DNA from: Myxococcota bacterium
GTDB lineage: Bacteria > Myxococcota > UBA4151
Length of the DNA stretch: 56,505 nt
Reading direction: 5' to 3'
Assembly: GCA_036338695.1 (NCBI GenBank)
Contig: JAYZBQ010000085.1
Coordinates: forward strand, 1-56,505
Shown piece by piece: positions 9,075 to 20,735 of this stretch. A program made the translations under genes and the position numbers. Under the pieces are notes generated by a model. It ran no database searches and was not told the DNA's origin. It worked only from the letters and a program-made list of their open reading frames with translations. Positions within the stretch are counted from its first letter, which is position 1; each line of letters opens with the position of its first letter.

Positions 9075-10904
9075 ATGAACCAAAAGATTTGCTGCGTAGT
9101 GGCTGCGTTGGCGCTCGCTGCGTGCGGGCAGGTGGAGCCGCTCGATGGCAACCGCATCGTCTCGCTCGCCGACGCAGGTCCCGCTCCTGTGCGCGACGCG
9201 GGCGCTCCCACGGACGCCGGTGTGGCTAAGCCGGATACAGGCGCTTCGGACGCAGGACCGCGCAATGATGATCACTCGGACGCTCGGGTAGGGGGCAGCC
9301 GCCTGGCGCCGGGTCAGGGGATCGCTGGCGTACTCGACGGTGACGACGACGCCGACTGGTTCGTGTTTACGGCGGGCGCAGGGGACTTGCATCGGGTGGA
9401 GACCCGGGGAGAGACCGATACAAAGTGTGCGCTCTTCGACGCCCAAGGCGAGGCGGTCGCCGACGATGATGATGGCGGCGATGGGCTGAACTGCCGGATG
9501 GAGGAGGCGCTCCGAGCGGGCGCTGATTATTTCGTCAAGGTGGAGCATTTTAGCGGCTCGGGGACGGGAAGTTACACGCTTTTTGTCGAGATCGTGGCGG
9601 CGCAGAGTGTCGAGCCTGAGCTGCGAGCCCAGCCCTCCTCCGCCGCAGCAGGTGAGGTTTTTGGGCTGACGGGGAACGGTTTCAGCGCTGAAGGCCGAGT
9701 GCGCTTTGAGATCGCAGCGGCTGGAGGCAGCAACGAAGAATTTGAAGCGGTCGCAGACGATCAAGGCGCGTTCGAGACGGACTGGCAGACGACGCGTCAG
9801 ACCGTCCCGGGGCGTTATCGTATCGTGGCGACGGACCAAGAGACAGGGCGCTCTGCTCAGGCGGTTGAGGTGACGGTCATGGCGCCCCCGCAAGACGATC
9901 ACGCCGATGAAGCGGGCGCCGCCACCGTGATCCGCTCCGGTCGCTTTACGCCGGGTGAGATTCACACGGCAACGGACGTCGATTGGTTTCGGTTTCGGAC
10001 GACCCACGCCGGCGATTGGGTCATCAACACACGCGGGCAGCTCGACACGGTCTGCGCGCTGGAGTTTGCCGGACAAGAAGTCGCGAGCGATGACGACAGC
10101 GGCGAGGGCTTGAACTGCCGGATCGATGCAGCCCTTCAGCCGGATCGTGACTACTTCGTCCGCGTCGAGAGCTACGGCGAGCGGATCGGTGACTATGAGT
10201 TCGTCGTCGTCCCGCCGCCCGTCCCTGACGACCACGGCGACACTGAAGCTACGGCCACCGTGCTCGACGCAGACCGCTCGGACTCAGGGCGCCTCGGCGC
10301 AGCCGGCGACGTCGATCTCTTCGGCTTTACGGCGCGCTTTACGGGGGTCTATCGGTTTTGGACCATCGGCGTGACGGACACGGCGTGCCGACTCATAGAG
10401 CTTGGCGGGCGTACGCGCGTGACGGACGATAACTCGGGCTTGCTTTGGAACTGTGAGCTCGAGCAGCGGCTTGAGGCGGGGACGACCTATTACGTGGAGG
10501 TCCGCCACAGCGACGCCGAGGGTACAGGCGCCTACTGGCTTTTCTCGAGTCTGCCTGAGGGGCAGCCGGCCGATGATCACGGCAACACGCTCGACGGAGC
10601 GACGCTCGTCGCCGATCGAGGCTCCTCGCCAGGGCGAATCGACGCAGCAGGCGATCGGGACATGTTCCACTTTTATGCGCAACAGGATGGGCAGTGGACG
10701 ATCGAGACCTCCAGCGATCTCGACACCGTGTGTGAGGTCGTCAGCGCAGACGGAGCGCAGCTGGCGAGCAACGACGACGCCGGCGAGGACCGCAACTGTC
10801 GCATGACAGTCTCATTGAGCGCAGGGCGCCGCTACGGTGTCTCGGTCCGGCTCTTCGGCGGAGGCGGCGAGGGCGCGTATCGCCTAAGGCTCAGCCCCCC
10901 ATAG
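9075..10904 (+). CDS. Lipoprotein with four PPC-like (pre-peptidase C-terminal type) repeats and one Ig-like domain
   Basis: Lipobox LAAC. Four repeats of DDH..D.D.F.F..DT.C..DDD.G..NC..Y.V.V..G.Y. ATG 9075 follows GGAG. Confidence 0.75.
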   Translation: MNQKICCVVAALALAACGQVEPLDGNRIVSLADAGPAPVRDAGAPTDAGVAKPDTGASDAGPRNDDHSDARVGGSRLAPGQGIAGVLDGDDDADWFVFTAGAGDLHRVETRGETDTKCALFDAQGEAVADDDDGGDGLNCRMEEALRAGADYFVKVEHFSGSGTGSYTLFVEIVAAQSVEPELRAQPSSAAAGEVFGLTGNGFSAEGRVRFEIAAAGGSNEEFEAVADDQGAFETDWQTTRQTVPGRYRIVATDQETGRSAQAVEVTVMAPPQDDHADEAGAATVIRSGRFTPGEIHTATDVDWFRFRTTHAGDWVINTRGQLDTVCALEFAGQEVASDDDSGEGLNCRIDAALQPDRDYFVRVESYGERIGDYEFVVVPPPVPDDHGDTEATATVLDADRSDSGRLGAAGDVDLFGFTARFTGVYRFWTIGVTDTACRLIELGGRTRVTDDNSGLLWNCELEQRLEAGTTYYVEVRHSDAEGTGAYWLFSSLPEGQPADDHGNTLDGATLVADRGSSPGRIDAAGDRDMFHFYAQQDGQWTIETSSDLDTVCEVVSADGAQLASNDDAGEDRNCRMTVSLSAGRRYGVSVRLFGGGGEGAYRLRLSPP

Positions 10905-10917
10905 CGGCGATTTCGAG

Positions 10918-12105
<1,188 letters not shown>

Positions 12106-12208
12106 GGTGTCTCCTTGAGGGTGCGCGGACCATGCCGCTTGGATGACAAGGCGGCAAGCGCTGCGCCGACCAAACCGCGCACAGGGTGCCTGCGCGCTGT
12201 GAGGCTGC

Positions 12209-13786
12209 TTACCGTTTCTTGCGCCGCGCCTTCTTGGCGGCTTTGCGCTTGGCTTTCGCCTTCGCCTTTTGTTTGCCGCTGCGAATCTGCGGGGCGTTGC
12301 CGCCGGCGTAGCCCGGGGGCGTGTAGCCTCTTGGGATGCCGCGCGGGAGCTGCATCTGCTGCGGCCCGCCAGCGCCGGGCATCCCCAGCATCTCGCCGAA
12401 CATCTTTGAGGGGTCCATCCCCTTCATCTTCTGCATCGCAGCGAACTGCTTAAACCCGGGCAGGTTGCCGAGCAGTCCAGGGTTCGTGCCCAAGACACTC
12501 ATCATCTGCTTCATGCCGTTGAAGCGCTTGATGAGGTCAGCGACCGCCTCGGGTTCATGACCTGAACCGCGCGCAATGCGTCGCCTACGGCTGGCGTTGA
12601 TAAGCCCTGGGTCCTGACGCTCACCGGGGGTCATCGATTGGATCATCGCCTTAAAGCGGCTCAGGATCTTCTCGTCGAGCTGTCCGGAGTCAGCCAGCTC
12701 TCCCATCCCCGGCATCCGGTCCATCACCCCTTTGAGGTTCCCCATCTTGCCGATCAGATCGATCTGCTTGACGAAGTCGTCGAGGGTGAACTGACCGCTG
12801 AGCAGCTTCTGAGCGTCGGCCTCGGCTTCGTCCTCGTCAACGAGCTCCTCGAAGTCCTCCATCAGGCTCGTGATATCGCCCATCCCAAGGATGCGCTGAG
12901 CTAAGCCTTCCGGACGGAAGACTTCGAGCTTATCCGTCGTTTCGCCCATGCCCAAGAACTTGATGGGTTTGCCGGTGACCGCCTTGATCGAGATCGCGGC
13001 GCCGCCACGCGCGTCGCCGTCGAGCTTGGTCAGACAGAACCCTGAGATTTCGAGGCGACGGTTGAACTCAGCCGCTGTCCGGACGGCGTCCTGTCCGATC
13101 ATCGAGTCGACCACCAATAGGATGTTGCCGGGGTCGACCTGCGCCTTGATCGCCTCGAGCTCGTCCATGAGTTGGGCGTCGATGGCGAGGCGGCCAGCGG
13201 TATCGTAGATGATCGCGTTGCAGCCCTTTTTATGCGCCTCGCGCTGGCCCTTCACGCACTGGGTGACGGCGTCTGCGCCCGGCTCATGAAAGACCGGTAC
13301 GCCGAGCTGCCGCCCGAGCGTTTTGAGCTGCTCGACCGCGGCGGGGCGGTAGATATCGGCTGCGACGAGCAGCGGCCTGCGCCCCTCCTTCTTGAGCTTG
13401 CGCGCCAGCTTGCCTGCGGTCGTGGTCTTACCGGACCCTTGCAGACCCACCATCATGATCGAGATCGACTTGTTCCCGATGAGGTCGGTGTCTTGCGGTC
13501 CCATAAGTGCCTCAAGCTCTTTGAGGCAGATGTAGGTAAAGTGATCCCCAGGACGAACGCTTTTACGCTTGTTCTTTTGCCCGGCCTCGAGCTGCACGAT
13601 CTCGCCGAGCGCCTTCTCCTTCACCGAGGCGAGGAAGCTTTTTACGACCCCGAATTCGACGTCGGCTTCGAGCAGACTCAGCCGGATATCACGGATCGCT
13701 TGGTCGATATCCGACTCGGTCAGCGATCGTTTGCTCGAGAGCGATAAGCGGGCGTTCTTAAAGCCCTGCCGGACGGCATCAAACAT
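12209..13786 (-). CDS. ffh: Signal recognition particle protein
   Basis: [40 protein letters not shown] domain [19 protein letters not shown]. Confidence 0.97.
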   Translation of the reverse strand: MFDAVRQGFKNARLSLSSKRSLTESDIDQAIRDIRLSLLEADVEFGVVKSFLASVKEKALGEIVQLEAGQKNKRKSVRPGDHFTYICLKELEALMGPQDTDLIGNKSISIMMVGLQGSGKTTTAGKLARKLKKEGRRPLLVAADIYRPAAVEQLKTLGRQLGVPVFHEPGADAVTQCVKGQREAHKKGCNAIIYDTAGRLAIDAQLMDELEAIKAQVDPGNILLVVDSMIGQDAVRTAAEFNRRLEISGFCLTKLDGDARGGAAISIKAVTGKPIKFLGMGETTDKLEVFRPEGLAQRILGMGDITSLMEDFEELVDEDEAEADAQKLLSGQFTLDDFVKQIDLIGKMGNLKGVMDRMPGMGELADSGQLDEKILSRFKAMIQSMTPGERQDPGLINASRRRRIARGSGHEPEAVADLIKRFNGMKQMMSVLGTNPGLLGNLPGFKQFAAMQKMKGMDPSKMFGEMLGMPGAGGPQQMQLPRGIPRGYTPPGYAGGNAPQIRSGKQKAKAKAKRKAAKKARRKKR

Positions 13787-13788
13787 GG

Positions 13789-14964
13789 TTATCCTTTCGC
13801 TCGCTCGAGCGCCTGAGCCAGGTCATCCACGAGGTCGGTGACCGACTCGATCCCAACGCTCAGGCGGATGAAGTCGTCATGAATTCCGAGCGCCTGTCGT
13901 GCCTCGGGGGGCACGGATGCGTGGGTCATGATCGCTGGGTGCTCAATGAGCGACTCGACGCCGCCTAGGCTCTCGGCGAGGCTAAAGACCTCGACCGACT
14001 CAAGGAAGCGCCGGGCGGCTTCGAGCCCACCCTTGATATGAAAGCTGATCATCCCACCGAAGCGACTCATTTGGCTCGCCGCGATGGCGTGTTGGGGGTG
14101 GCTGGCGAGCCCCGGGTAGATGGTTTTGCTGACCAGCGGGTGGCTGGCGAGAAAGTCGGCGCAGCGCTCGGCGTTGTCGCAGTGACGATCCATCCGCACG
14201 TGCAAGGTCTTGATCCCTCGCATGGTCAGGAAGCAATCTTGGGGGCCTGGGTTGCCGCCCATGGAATTGAGGATGAACTGGATCTCGTCCATCCATCGCT
14301 CGTCGTTCGTGATGATGGCGCCGCCGACGACGTCACTGTGGCCGCCGAGGTACTTGGTCGTGCTGTGCGCCACCATGGTCGCGCCGAGCTCGAGCGGGCT
14401 CTGCAGGTAGGGCGTCGCAAAGGTGTTGTCGACGACCGAGGCGATATCCGCCTCGTTGCACAGGGTGCAGAGCGCCGCGATGTCCACCACCTTGAGCGTT
14501 GGGTTCGTGGGCGTCTCGATCCAGCAGAGCTTTGTGTTCGGGCGGATGGCGGCGCGTACAGCGTCGTGGTCCGTCTGGTCGACGAAGCTGAATTCCAAGC
14601 CGAGGCGCTTGTACACTTTGTCCATCAGGCGAAACGAGCCACCGTAGACGTCATCACCGCACAGCACGTGGTCGCCGGGGTTGAGGCAGGCGAGCACAGC
14701 GGAGGTCGCCGCCGAGCCCGAGGCGAAGGCGCGCGCAAAGCGTCCGCCCTCGATGCTGGCGAGGTTCCCCTCGAGCGCCACGCGCGTGGGGTTTGAGGTG
14801 CGGCTGTATTCGTAGCCTTTAAATACGCCAGGGCTCTCTTGAACGTAGGTGGAGGTCTGAAAGATCGGCGTCATGATTGCGCCGGTGGAGGGGTCTGGCT
14901 CCTGACCACCATGAATGGCGCGGGTCTCAAATCCGGTCGAGGACCAATCTGTCTTTAGGCTCAT
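13789..14964 (-). CDS. Cystathionine gamma-lyase/synthase (Cys/Met metabolism PLP enzyme)
   Basis: YSRTSNPTR, ETPTNP, VDNTFA, PLP lysine in HSTTKYLGGHSD, AESLGGVESLIEHPAIMTHAS. Confidence 0.92.
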   Translation of the reverse strand: MSLKTDWSSTGFETRAIHGGQEPDPSTGAIMTPIFQTSTYVQESPGVFKGYEYSRTSNPTRVALEGNLASIEGGRFARAFASGSAATSAVLACLNPGDHVLCGDDVYGGSFRLMDKVYKRLGLEFSFVDQTDHDAVRAAIRPNTKLCWIETPTNPTLKVVDIAALCTLCNEADIASVVDNTFATPYLQSPLELGATMVAHSTTKYLGGHSDVVGGAIITNDERWMDEIQFILNSMGGNPGPQDCFLTMRGIKTLHVRMDRHCDNAERCADFLASHPLVSKTIYPGLASHPQHAIAASQMSRFGGMISFHIKGGLEAARRFLESVEVFSLAESLGGVESLIEHPAIMTHASVPPEARQALGIHDDFIRLSVGIESVTDLVDDLAQALERAKG

Positions 14965-15091
14965 GGCGCGCTCCGATCGCTAGTGGCGAAGCCACTACGG
15001 CGAAGCCGTGTTTCCATCAAGCGCAAAGACGGCGAGCGGCGACGAAGCGGGCAGGGTTGCTCGGCGGAGCGCAAGCCGACACACTGCCTCC

Positions 15092-16612
15092 ATGACGATC
15101 CTGCTCGGTCCTCAGTTTGTCGACGCACACGGCGCCTGCGCCGATCACCTCGGATGCCATGACGGTCGCTATTTTGTCGCCGACGGACCGCAGCGCACCT
15201 TGCCTGGAGCCTTCGCCGTACCCGGTTTGACCGACAGCCACCTGCACCTGATGGGGATGGGGTGGGTGATCGATCAGGTCGACCTGATGGGCTGCGACTC
15301 GGTGGAGGAGGTCCGGCAGCGCCTGGCGCGCTGGGTTCAGGAGAACCCGGACGCGCCGGTGGTGCGCGGGCGCAGCTGGAACCACACTCGCTTCCCGGGG
15401 CAGCGCCTCCCGACGGCCGCCGACCTAGCGGGTTTGACCGACAAGCCGATCTATCTGACGCGCCAAGATGGGCACGCTTGCTGGGTGGATCAGCGGCTCC
15501 TCGATCAGGCTCAGGTTGCCGATGTAGCCGACCCCTTCGGTGGCCTCATCGTCCGTGATCAACGGGGCGTGGCGACGGGTATCTTGGTGGATACGGCGAT
15601 GCCGCTGGCTGCACGCCACCTGCCGAAACCCACCGCAGCGCAGGTGCGCCGCTGGCTCGACGAGGCGCTGCGTCGCTGCGTCGCCGCAGGGCTCACCGCC
15701 GTGCATGACGTCGACGTCCCGCTCGAGAGCTTTTTGGAGCTGGAGCGTCTGGACGCACAGGGTCAGCTGCCCATCCGGGTGTATTGTTATCTCCGGGCTA
15801 CCCCGCAGAGCTGGCGGCTCCTCGAGGAGCGAGGGTTTCGTTGGCAGGGCGCCGGGGGCCGGCTCAACCTCATGGGGATCAAGTTTTTCGCCGACGGCGC
15901 GCTGGGCTCGCACGGAGCCGCGATGCTCTGCGCCTACTGCAATGACCCGGGCCGTGGGCTGGTCTTGTTGAGCGACGAGGAGCTGCTCGAGCGGATCGCG
16001 CGTTGTCAGGAGCTGGGTATTCAGGCTGCCACCCACGCGATCGGGGACGCAGCCAATCGCTCGACGCTGCGCGCTATCGCCGCGGCGCAGCGCGGCGACG
16101 CTCGGCTCAGGCACCGTATCGAGCACGCACAGATCCTTCACCTTGACGATTTTGAGGCGCTGGCGCGCACCGGGGCCATCGCAAGCATGCAGCCGGTGCA
16201 TGGTACCTCGGATATGCCCTGGGCTGAGGACTGGATCGGTCTGGATCGGTTGCGGGGGGCTTATGCCTGGCGGCGGATGCAGACGCATGGGGTGCCGCTC
16301 GCCTTTGGGTCCGACGCGCCGGTCGAGCCGGTCTGCCCGCGCGCAGGGTTGCAGGCTGCCTGGACCGCAGAGGTCCCTAGCGGCTTGCAGCCAGAGCCCT
16401 GGCTTCGAGCGCACTGTCTGGATTTCGCCGGCTCGCTAGCCGGCTTCACCTCGGGCGCGGCCTACGCGGTGCACCGAGAGCGAGAGTTGGGTCGCTTGCA
16501 ACCCGGCTACACAGCAGATCTTACGCTCCTGAGCGGTGATCCCCGCTCGACGCCGAGCGGTTGGCTGGGCGTCGACGTGGTCGGCACCGTGCTCGACGGC
16601 GAGCTGCTCTAA
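15092..16612 (+). CDS. Amidohydrolase, YtcJ-like (amidohydrolase_3)
   Basis: PGLTDSHLH, KFFADGALGS, HAIGD, RIEHAQ, SMQPVH, GSDAPV motifs. ATG 15092 is the likely start. Confidence 0.9.
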   Translation: MTILLGPQFVDAHGACADHLGCHDGRYFVADGPQRTLPGAFAVPGLTDSHLHLMGMGWVIDQVDLMGCDSVEEVRQRLARWVQENPDAPVVRGRSWNHTRFPGQRLPTAADLAGLTDKPIYLTRQDGHACWVDQRLLDQAQVADVADPFGGLIVRDQRGVATGILVDTAMPLAARHLPKPTAAQVRRWLDEALRRCVAAGLTAVHDVDVPLESFLELERLDAQGQLPIRVYCYLRATPQSWRLLEERGFRWQGAGGRLNLMGIKFFADGALGSHGAAMLCAYCNDPGRGLVLLSDEELLERIARCQELGIQAATHAIGDAANRSTLRAIAAAQRGDARLRHRIEHAQILHLDDFEALARTGAIASMQPVHGTSDMPWAEDWIGLDRLRGAYAWRRMQTHGVPLAFGSDAPVEPVCPRAGLQAAWTAEVPSGLQPEPWLRAHCLDFAGSLAGFTSGAAYAVHRERELGRLQPGYTADLTLLSGDPRSTPSGWLGVDVVGTVLDGELL

Positions 16613-17985
16613 GCGCTCGCCATGCGTTCGATCAGGTCGATCTGACTGATCACCCCGATCACCTGTCCGCTGTCCATGGCGAGGACGACCTTGTTGTTCT
16701 TGAATTGGGGCGCCAGCGCCGTCAGGGAGGTCGTCTTCTCGGCTGTCGCGAAAGCCTGCGTGGCGAGCTCGCCCACTTGCGTCGTCGCCTCGCCGCCGCT
16801 GAGGAGGTGGTCGAGGAGGTTGGACTCATCGAGCACGCCGGCGAGCTGCCCCTGATCCAGAACGGGCGCTTGGCTGATGTCGTGGTTGCGCATCAGCGCC
16901 ACGGCGTCTGACACGCTCTGCGTCGCAGCGATCGAGAGGACCTCACCCGTGCGCTCTGCGAGGAGGTCGGCCACGGTGTCCGTACCCGGCTCCGGCCCCA
17001 AGAACCCGTTCTCGAGCATCCAGGTGTCGTTGAACTGCTTGGTCAGGTAGCGGATCGCCGAGTCCGGGAGGAGGACGACGATGTTCTCTTTCTTCTGCGA
17101 CTTCTCAGCGTATTTGATCGCTGCGACGACGGCGAGCCCGCCCGAGCCTCCGGTCAGGATCCCCTCACTGCGCGCCAGCTCGCGGTTGGCGTGGAAGCTC
17201 TCCCGGTCGGTCACCTGGAAGATCTCATCGACCAGCTCAAGGTCGATGGTGCCCGGGAGGATGTCCTCGCCGACCCCTTCCACCTTGTAGGTGAAGGCCT
17301 CGGTCATTTTGCCCGTGCGCTTGAGGTCGTAGTAGATGCTGCCGATCGGGTCACCGCCGACGCATTTGACGCTGGGCTTACGCTCTTTCAGGTAGCTGCC
17401 CGTACCGCTGATCGTACCGCCCGTCCCGAGGCCCGAGACGAAGACGTCGATCTCGCCGCCCGTCTGCTCCCACAGCTCCGGGCCGGTGGTCAGGTAGTGC
17501 GACTCCGGGTTGGCTGGGTTGAAGTACTGGTTGGCGTAGAAGGCGTTGGGGGTCTCGTCGGCGATTCGGCGGCTGACCGAGTAGTATGAGCGGGGGTCGT
17601 CCGCCTCGACGTTGGTCGGCGTGATCACCACGCGCGCACCGACCGCCCGAAGGCTCGCCACCTTCTCTTCGCTGATCTTGTCCGGCATCACGAAGATGCA
17701 TTTGTAGCCTCGAACGGCTGCGACGAGCGCTAACCCCATGCCCGTGTTGCCGCTGGTCGCCTCGACGATGGTCCCACCGGGCTGGATCAAACCTTCGGCT
17801 TCGGCTCGGTCGATGATATTGATCCCGATCCGGTCCTTAACGGAGCCTCCCGGGTTCATGTACTCGAGCTTGACATAGATATCCGCAGGGACGTGCTCCG
17901 CCATCTTCTGGAGCTTGACGATCGGGGTGCCCCCGATCGCATCGAGCACATGAGCAACGCTCCCGGTCATCAACGAGTTCGACAT
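16609..17985 (-). CDS. Cystathionine beta-synthase with C-terminal CBS domains
   Basis: KLEYMNPGGSVKDR, EATSGNTG, GTGGT, YKVEGVGED, C-terminal CBS pair. ATG 17985 follows AGAGG. Confidence 0.9.
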   Translation of the reverse strand: MSNSLMTGSVAHVLDAIGGTPIVKLQKMAEHVPADIYVKLEYMNPGGSVKDRIGINIIDRAEAEGLIQPGGTIVEATSGNTGMGLALVAAVRGYKCIFVMPDKISEEKVASLRAVGARVVITPTNVEADDPRSYYSVSRRIADETPNAFYANQYFNPANPESHYLTTGPELWEQTGGEIDVFVSGLGTGGTISGTGSYLKERKPSVKCVGGDPIGSIYYDLKRTGKMTEAFTYKVEGVGEDILPGTIDLELVDEIFQVTDRESFHANRELARSEGILTGGSGGLAVVAAIKYAEKSQKKENIVVLLPDSAIRYLTKQFNDTWMLENGFLGPEPGTDTVADLLAERTGEVLSIAATQSVSDAVALMRNHDISQAPVLDQGQLAGVLDESNLLDHLLSGGEATTQVGELATQAFATAEKTTSLTALAPQFKNNKVVLAMDSGQVIGVISQIDLIERMASA

Positions 17986-18135
17986 GTCGCCACCTCTTCT
18001 CTGCGGTCGAGCTAGCATAGGATCGTGGGCTCCAAAACCACAGAGCAAAGCTCTTGCGCGCCCGGTCGATATATTTCACACAGCCGTGGCCTGGATGGGC
18101 GGACGCTTTTCAACTAGCGTGGAGCAGGAGGCGAG

Positions 18136-18513
18136 ATGACCGACGAGCTCAAGGACGAAGGGGTAGAGGCGACCCCCCAAGAGGCAGCTGGTGAGGCGAC
18201 CACCGATGCGCCCTCGCCCGCCGAAGGTTTTCACGCAAAGATCACCGAGTTTGTAGAGAACATGATCAACCCCTCACTGGCCTCTCATGGCGGCTGGGTC
18301 GAGGTGAGCTCTGCGGACGAGGAGACCGGCATCGTCGAGATGAAGATGGGCGGCGGCTGCCACGGCTGCGGCGCCAGCGCCCAGACGATGCAATATGGCA
18401 TTCAAACGGCGCTGATGGAGGAGTTCCCGCAGATCTCAGAGGTCGTGGACACCACCGATCACTCGACCGGCGAGAACCCCTTCTTTATGGGGAACCCCTT
18501 CGCCGGGATGTAG
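18136..18513 (+). CDS. NifU/NfuA-type Fe-S carrier (NfuA C-terminal domain only)
   Basis: INPSLASHGG, GGGCHGC, DTTDHxxGENPFF; RBS AGGAGG. Confidence 0.88.
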   Translation: MTDELKDEGVEATPQEAAGEATTDAPSPAEGFHAKITEFVENMINPSLASHGGWVEVSSADEETGIVEMKMGGGCHGCGASAQTMQYGIQTALMEEFPQISEVVDTTDHSTGENPFFMGNPFAGM

Positions 18514-18516
18514 TCC

Positions 18517-19485
18517 TCAGGCGAGCCAACCCGCCGCTTCGGCGGCGTGGTAGCTGACGATGAGGTCGGCGCCCGCTCGTTTCATGCACAAGAGGCTCTC
18601 AAGGATCACCGCTTGACGGTCGATCCAGCCCTTCTCTGCCGCCGCTTCGATCATCGCATACTCACCGCTGACGCAGTAGGTCACCAACGGGAGCTCGAGG
18701 TCCTCACGGAGGTCTCTCAGGATGTCGAGGTAGGGGAGACCGGGTTTGACCATGAGCGCGTCGGCCCCCTCGTCGACATCCAGCTGCGCCTCACGCAGCG
18801 CCTCGCGCCGGTTGGCAGGGTCCATCTGGTGACTGCGGCGGTCGCCAAAGCTCGGTGCGCTGCCCGCCGCGTCGCGAAACGGACCATAGAACGCCGAGGC
18901 GTACTTGACGGCATAGCTGATGATCCCGACGCCCTCGAAGCCCTCGTCATCGAGCGCCTCTCGGATCGCCTCGACGCGCCCGTCCATCATGTCGGAGGGA
19001 GCCACAAAGTCCGCGCCGGCGCGTGCATGACTAACCGCCACGGCGGCGAGCCGCTCGAGGCTGGCGTCGTTGACGATCTCCTCACCTTCGAGCAAGCCGC
19101 AGTGTCCGTGGTCGGTGTATTCGCACAGGCAGACGTCGGTCATGATCACGAGGTCAAGCGCAGCCTCCCGCAGCGCTCGGACCGCTTGTTGGACGATCCC
19201 GTCCGCGGCGTCTGCGCCGTGTCCCTGCGCGTCCTTTGACTCGGGTAAGCCAAACAACAGGACCGCCTTGACCCCCTGAAGGCGCGCCTGGCGACAGGCA
19301 TCGACCAACGAGCCCAGGGTGTGGCGCAGCTGACCGGGCATGGAACCAATCGGCTCAGGCGCTGCCGCCGTCGCCGATACGAAGTAGGGTTGGATGAGGT
19401 CGTTGGCGCTCAGCTGCGTCTCGCGTACGAGATCACGAATGAGCGGCGTACGTCGTAGCCGCCTTGGGCGCTCGATGAGGCTCAT
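18517..19485 (-). CDS. hemB: Porphobilinogen synthase
   Basis: RPRRLR, Zn site DVCLCEYTDHGHCG, APSDMMDGR, SAFYGPFRDA, MVKP. Confidence 0.97.
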   Translation of the reverse strand: MSLIERPRRLRRTPLIRDLVRETQLSANDLIQPYFVSATAAAPEPIGSMPGQLRHTLGSLVDACRQARLQGVKAVLLFGLPESKDAQGHGADAADGIVQQAVRALREAALDLVIMTDVCLCEYTDHGHCGLLEGEEIVNDASLERLAAVAVSHARAGADFVAPSDMMDGRVEAIREALDDEGFEGVGIISYAVKYASAFYGPFRDAAGSAPSFGDRRSHQMDPANRREALREAQLDVDEGADALMVKPGLPYLDILRDLREDLELPLVTYCVSGEYAMIEAAAEKGWIDRQAVILESLLCMKRAGADLIVSYHAAEAAGWLA

Positions 19486-20735
19486 GATGACGTCCCTTCG
19501 ATCCAGGCATCGACCAAGGCATCGAGCGCAGGCTCGGTGTGGGCGTGCGAGAGGAAGAGGACCTCATAAGCCGACGGCGGGAGATAAAACCCGCTGGCGA
19601 GCAGGTGCGCATGGAGGGGCTTGAACCGCTCGGCGTGGAGCGCCTCAATCTGATCGGCGCGGCGCGGGGCGGCGTCCTCGCCGAGGTAAGGCCACAGCAG
19701 CGATCCGGCGCGCACAGTGCGGACGCCCGCGCGCTCGAGGAGCGCATGTTCTAAGTAGGCGCCGAGTGCGTCGAGGCGCTCGTAGACGGCCGGGTCGCTG
19801 AGCAGGTCCAGGGTGGCGATGCCCGCCGCAACCGAGACGGGATTACCGCTGAGCGTCCCCGCTTGGTAGACCGGCCCGGTCGGCGCCAGCTTCTCCATGA
19901 AGCCACGGCTGCCGACGATAGCGCCGATCGGCATCCCGCCGCCGATGATCTTCCCGAGCGTGGTCAGATCCGGCTGGATACCCAGCGCACCATCGACGCC
20001 ACCGTAGCAGGTCCTAAAGCCGCTGATCACCTCGTCAAAGACCAGCAGAGCGCAGTGTTGATCGCACAGGGCGCGCAGGCGCTTGAGCCACTCAGGGCGC
20101 TGCAGCAACAGCCCGTTGTTACCGGGGACGGGCTCGAGGACCACCCCTGCGATCTCGCCTGCGAACTCGTCAAAGGCCGCCTCGAGGGCTTCGAGGTCGT
20201 CGAAGGGTAGGACGATGGTGTCTGCAGCGCTCCCCGCTGGGACACCGGCGGAGCTCGCCAGCCCGCTGGTCGCAAGGCCTGAGCCAGCTTTAACCAACAT
20301 GCTGTCAAAGTGTCCGTGGTAGCCGCCGTCAAACTTGATGACCTTGTCGCGGCCGCTGATCCCGCGGATCAGCCGAACGGCGGTCATCACCGCCTCGGTC
20401 CCCGAGCTGGTAAAGCGGACCTGGTCGGCCCAGGCAAAGCCCTTGAGCAGCTTGGTCGCCAGGACCGTCTCGGCTTGATGGCAGGCGCCAAAGCTCAAGC
20501 CCCTTGTGGCGGCGGTTTGCACAGCCTCGACGACAGCCGGATGCGCGTGACCCATGATGAGGGGACCCCAGCTCATGCACAGATCGAGCAGCCTTCGCCC
20601 GTCCGCTGTCTCGACATAGGCGCCCTCGCCGCGCGCGAAGAAGACCGGGTCACCGGGTACCGACCCAAAGGCGCGTACCGGGCTGTGGACACCGCCCGGG
20701 CTGCACTGCTTGGCTGTCTCGAATAAGCTGTTCAT
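19482..20735 (-). CDS. hemL: Glutamate-1-semialdehyde 2,1-aminomutase
   Basis: PGGVHSPVRAF, SWGP, SGTEA, FDEVISGFR, GKIIGGG, YQAGTLSGNP. Confidence 0.96.
   Translation of the reverse strand: MNSLFETAKQCSPGGVHSPVRAFGSVPGDPVFFARGEGAYVETADGRRLLDLCMSWGPLIMGHAHPAVVEAVQTAATRGLSFGACHQAETVLATKLLKGFAWADQVRFTSSGTEAVMTAVRLIRGISGRDKVIKFDGGYHGHFDSMLVKAGSGLATSGLASSAGVPAGSAADTIVLPFDDLEALEAAFDEFAGEIAGVVLEPVPGNNGLLLQRPEWLKRLRALCDQHCALLVFDEVISGFRTCYGGVDGALGIQPDLTTLGKIIGGGMPIGAIVGSRGFMEKLAPTGPVYQAGTLSGNPVSVAAGIATLDLLSDPAVYERLDALGAYLEHALLERAGVRTVRAGSLLWPYLGEDAAPRRADQIEALHAERFKPLHAHLLASGFYLPPSAYEVLFLSHAHTEPALDALVDAWIEGTSS

Noticed and set aside
9260..10900. Repeated DNA words (e.g. TGAACTGCCGGAT) as a CRISPR array or repeat element
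   Set aside because: They are codons of protein-domain repeats, irregularly spaced and degenerate; no cas genes.
12106..12208. SRP RNA or other ncRNA next to ffh
   Set aside because: Only short imperfect GC hairpins; no SRP helix-8 motif recognised.
14965..15091. SAM or other riboswitch upstream of the sulfur amino-acid genes (also 17986-18135)
   Set aside because: The regions are short and I found no recognisable riboswitch core.
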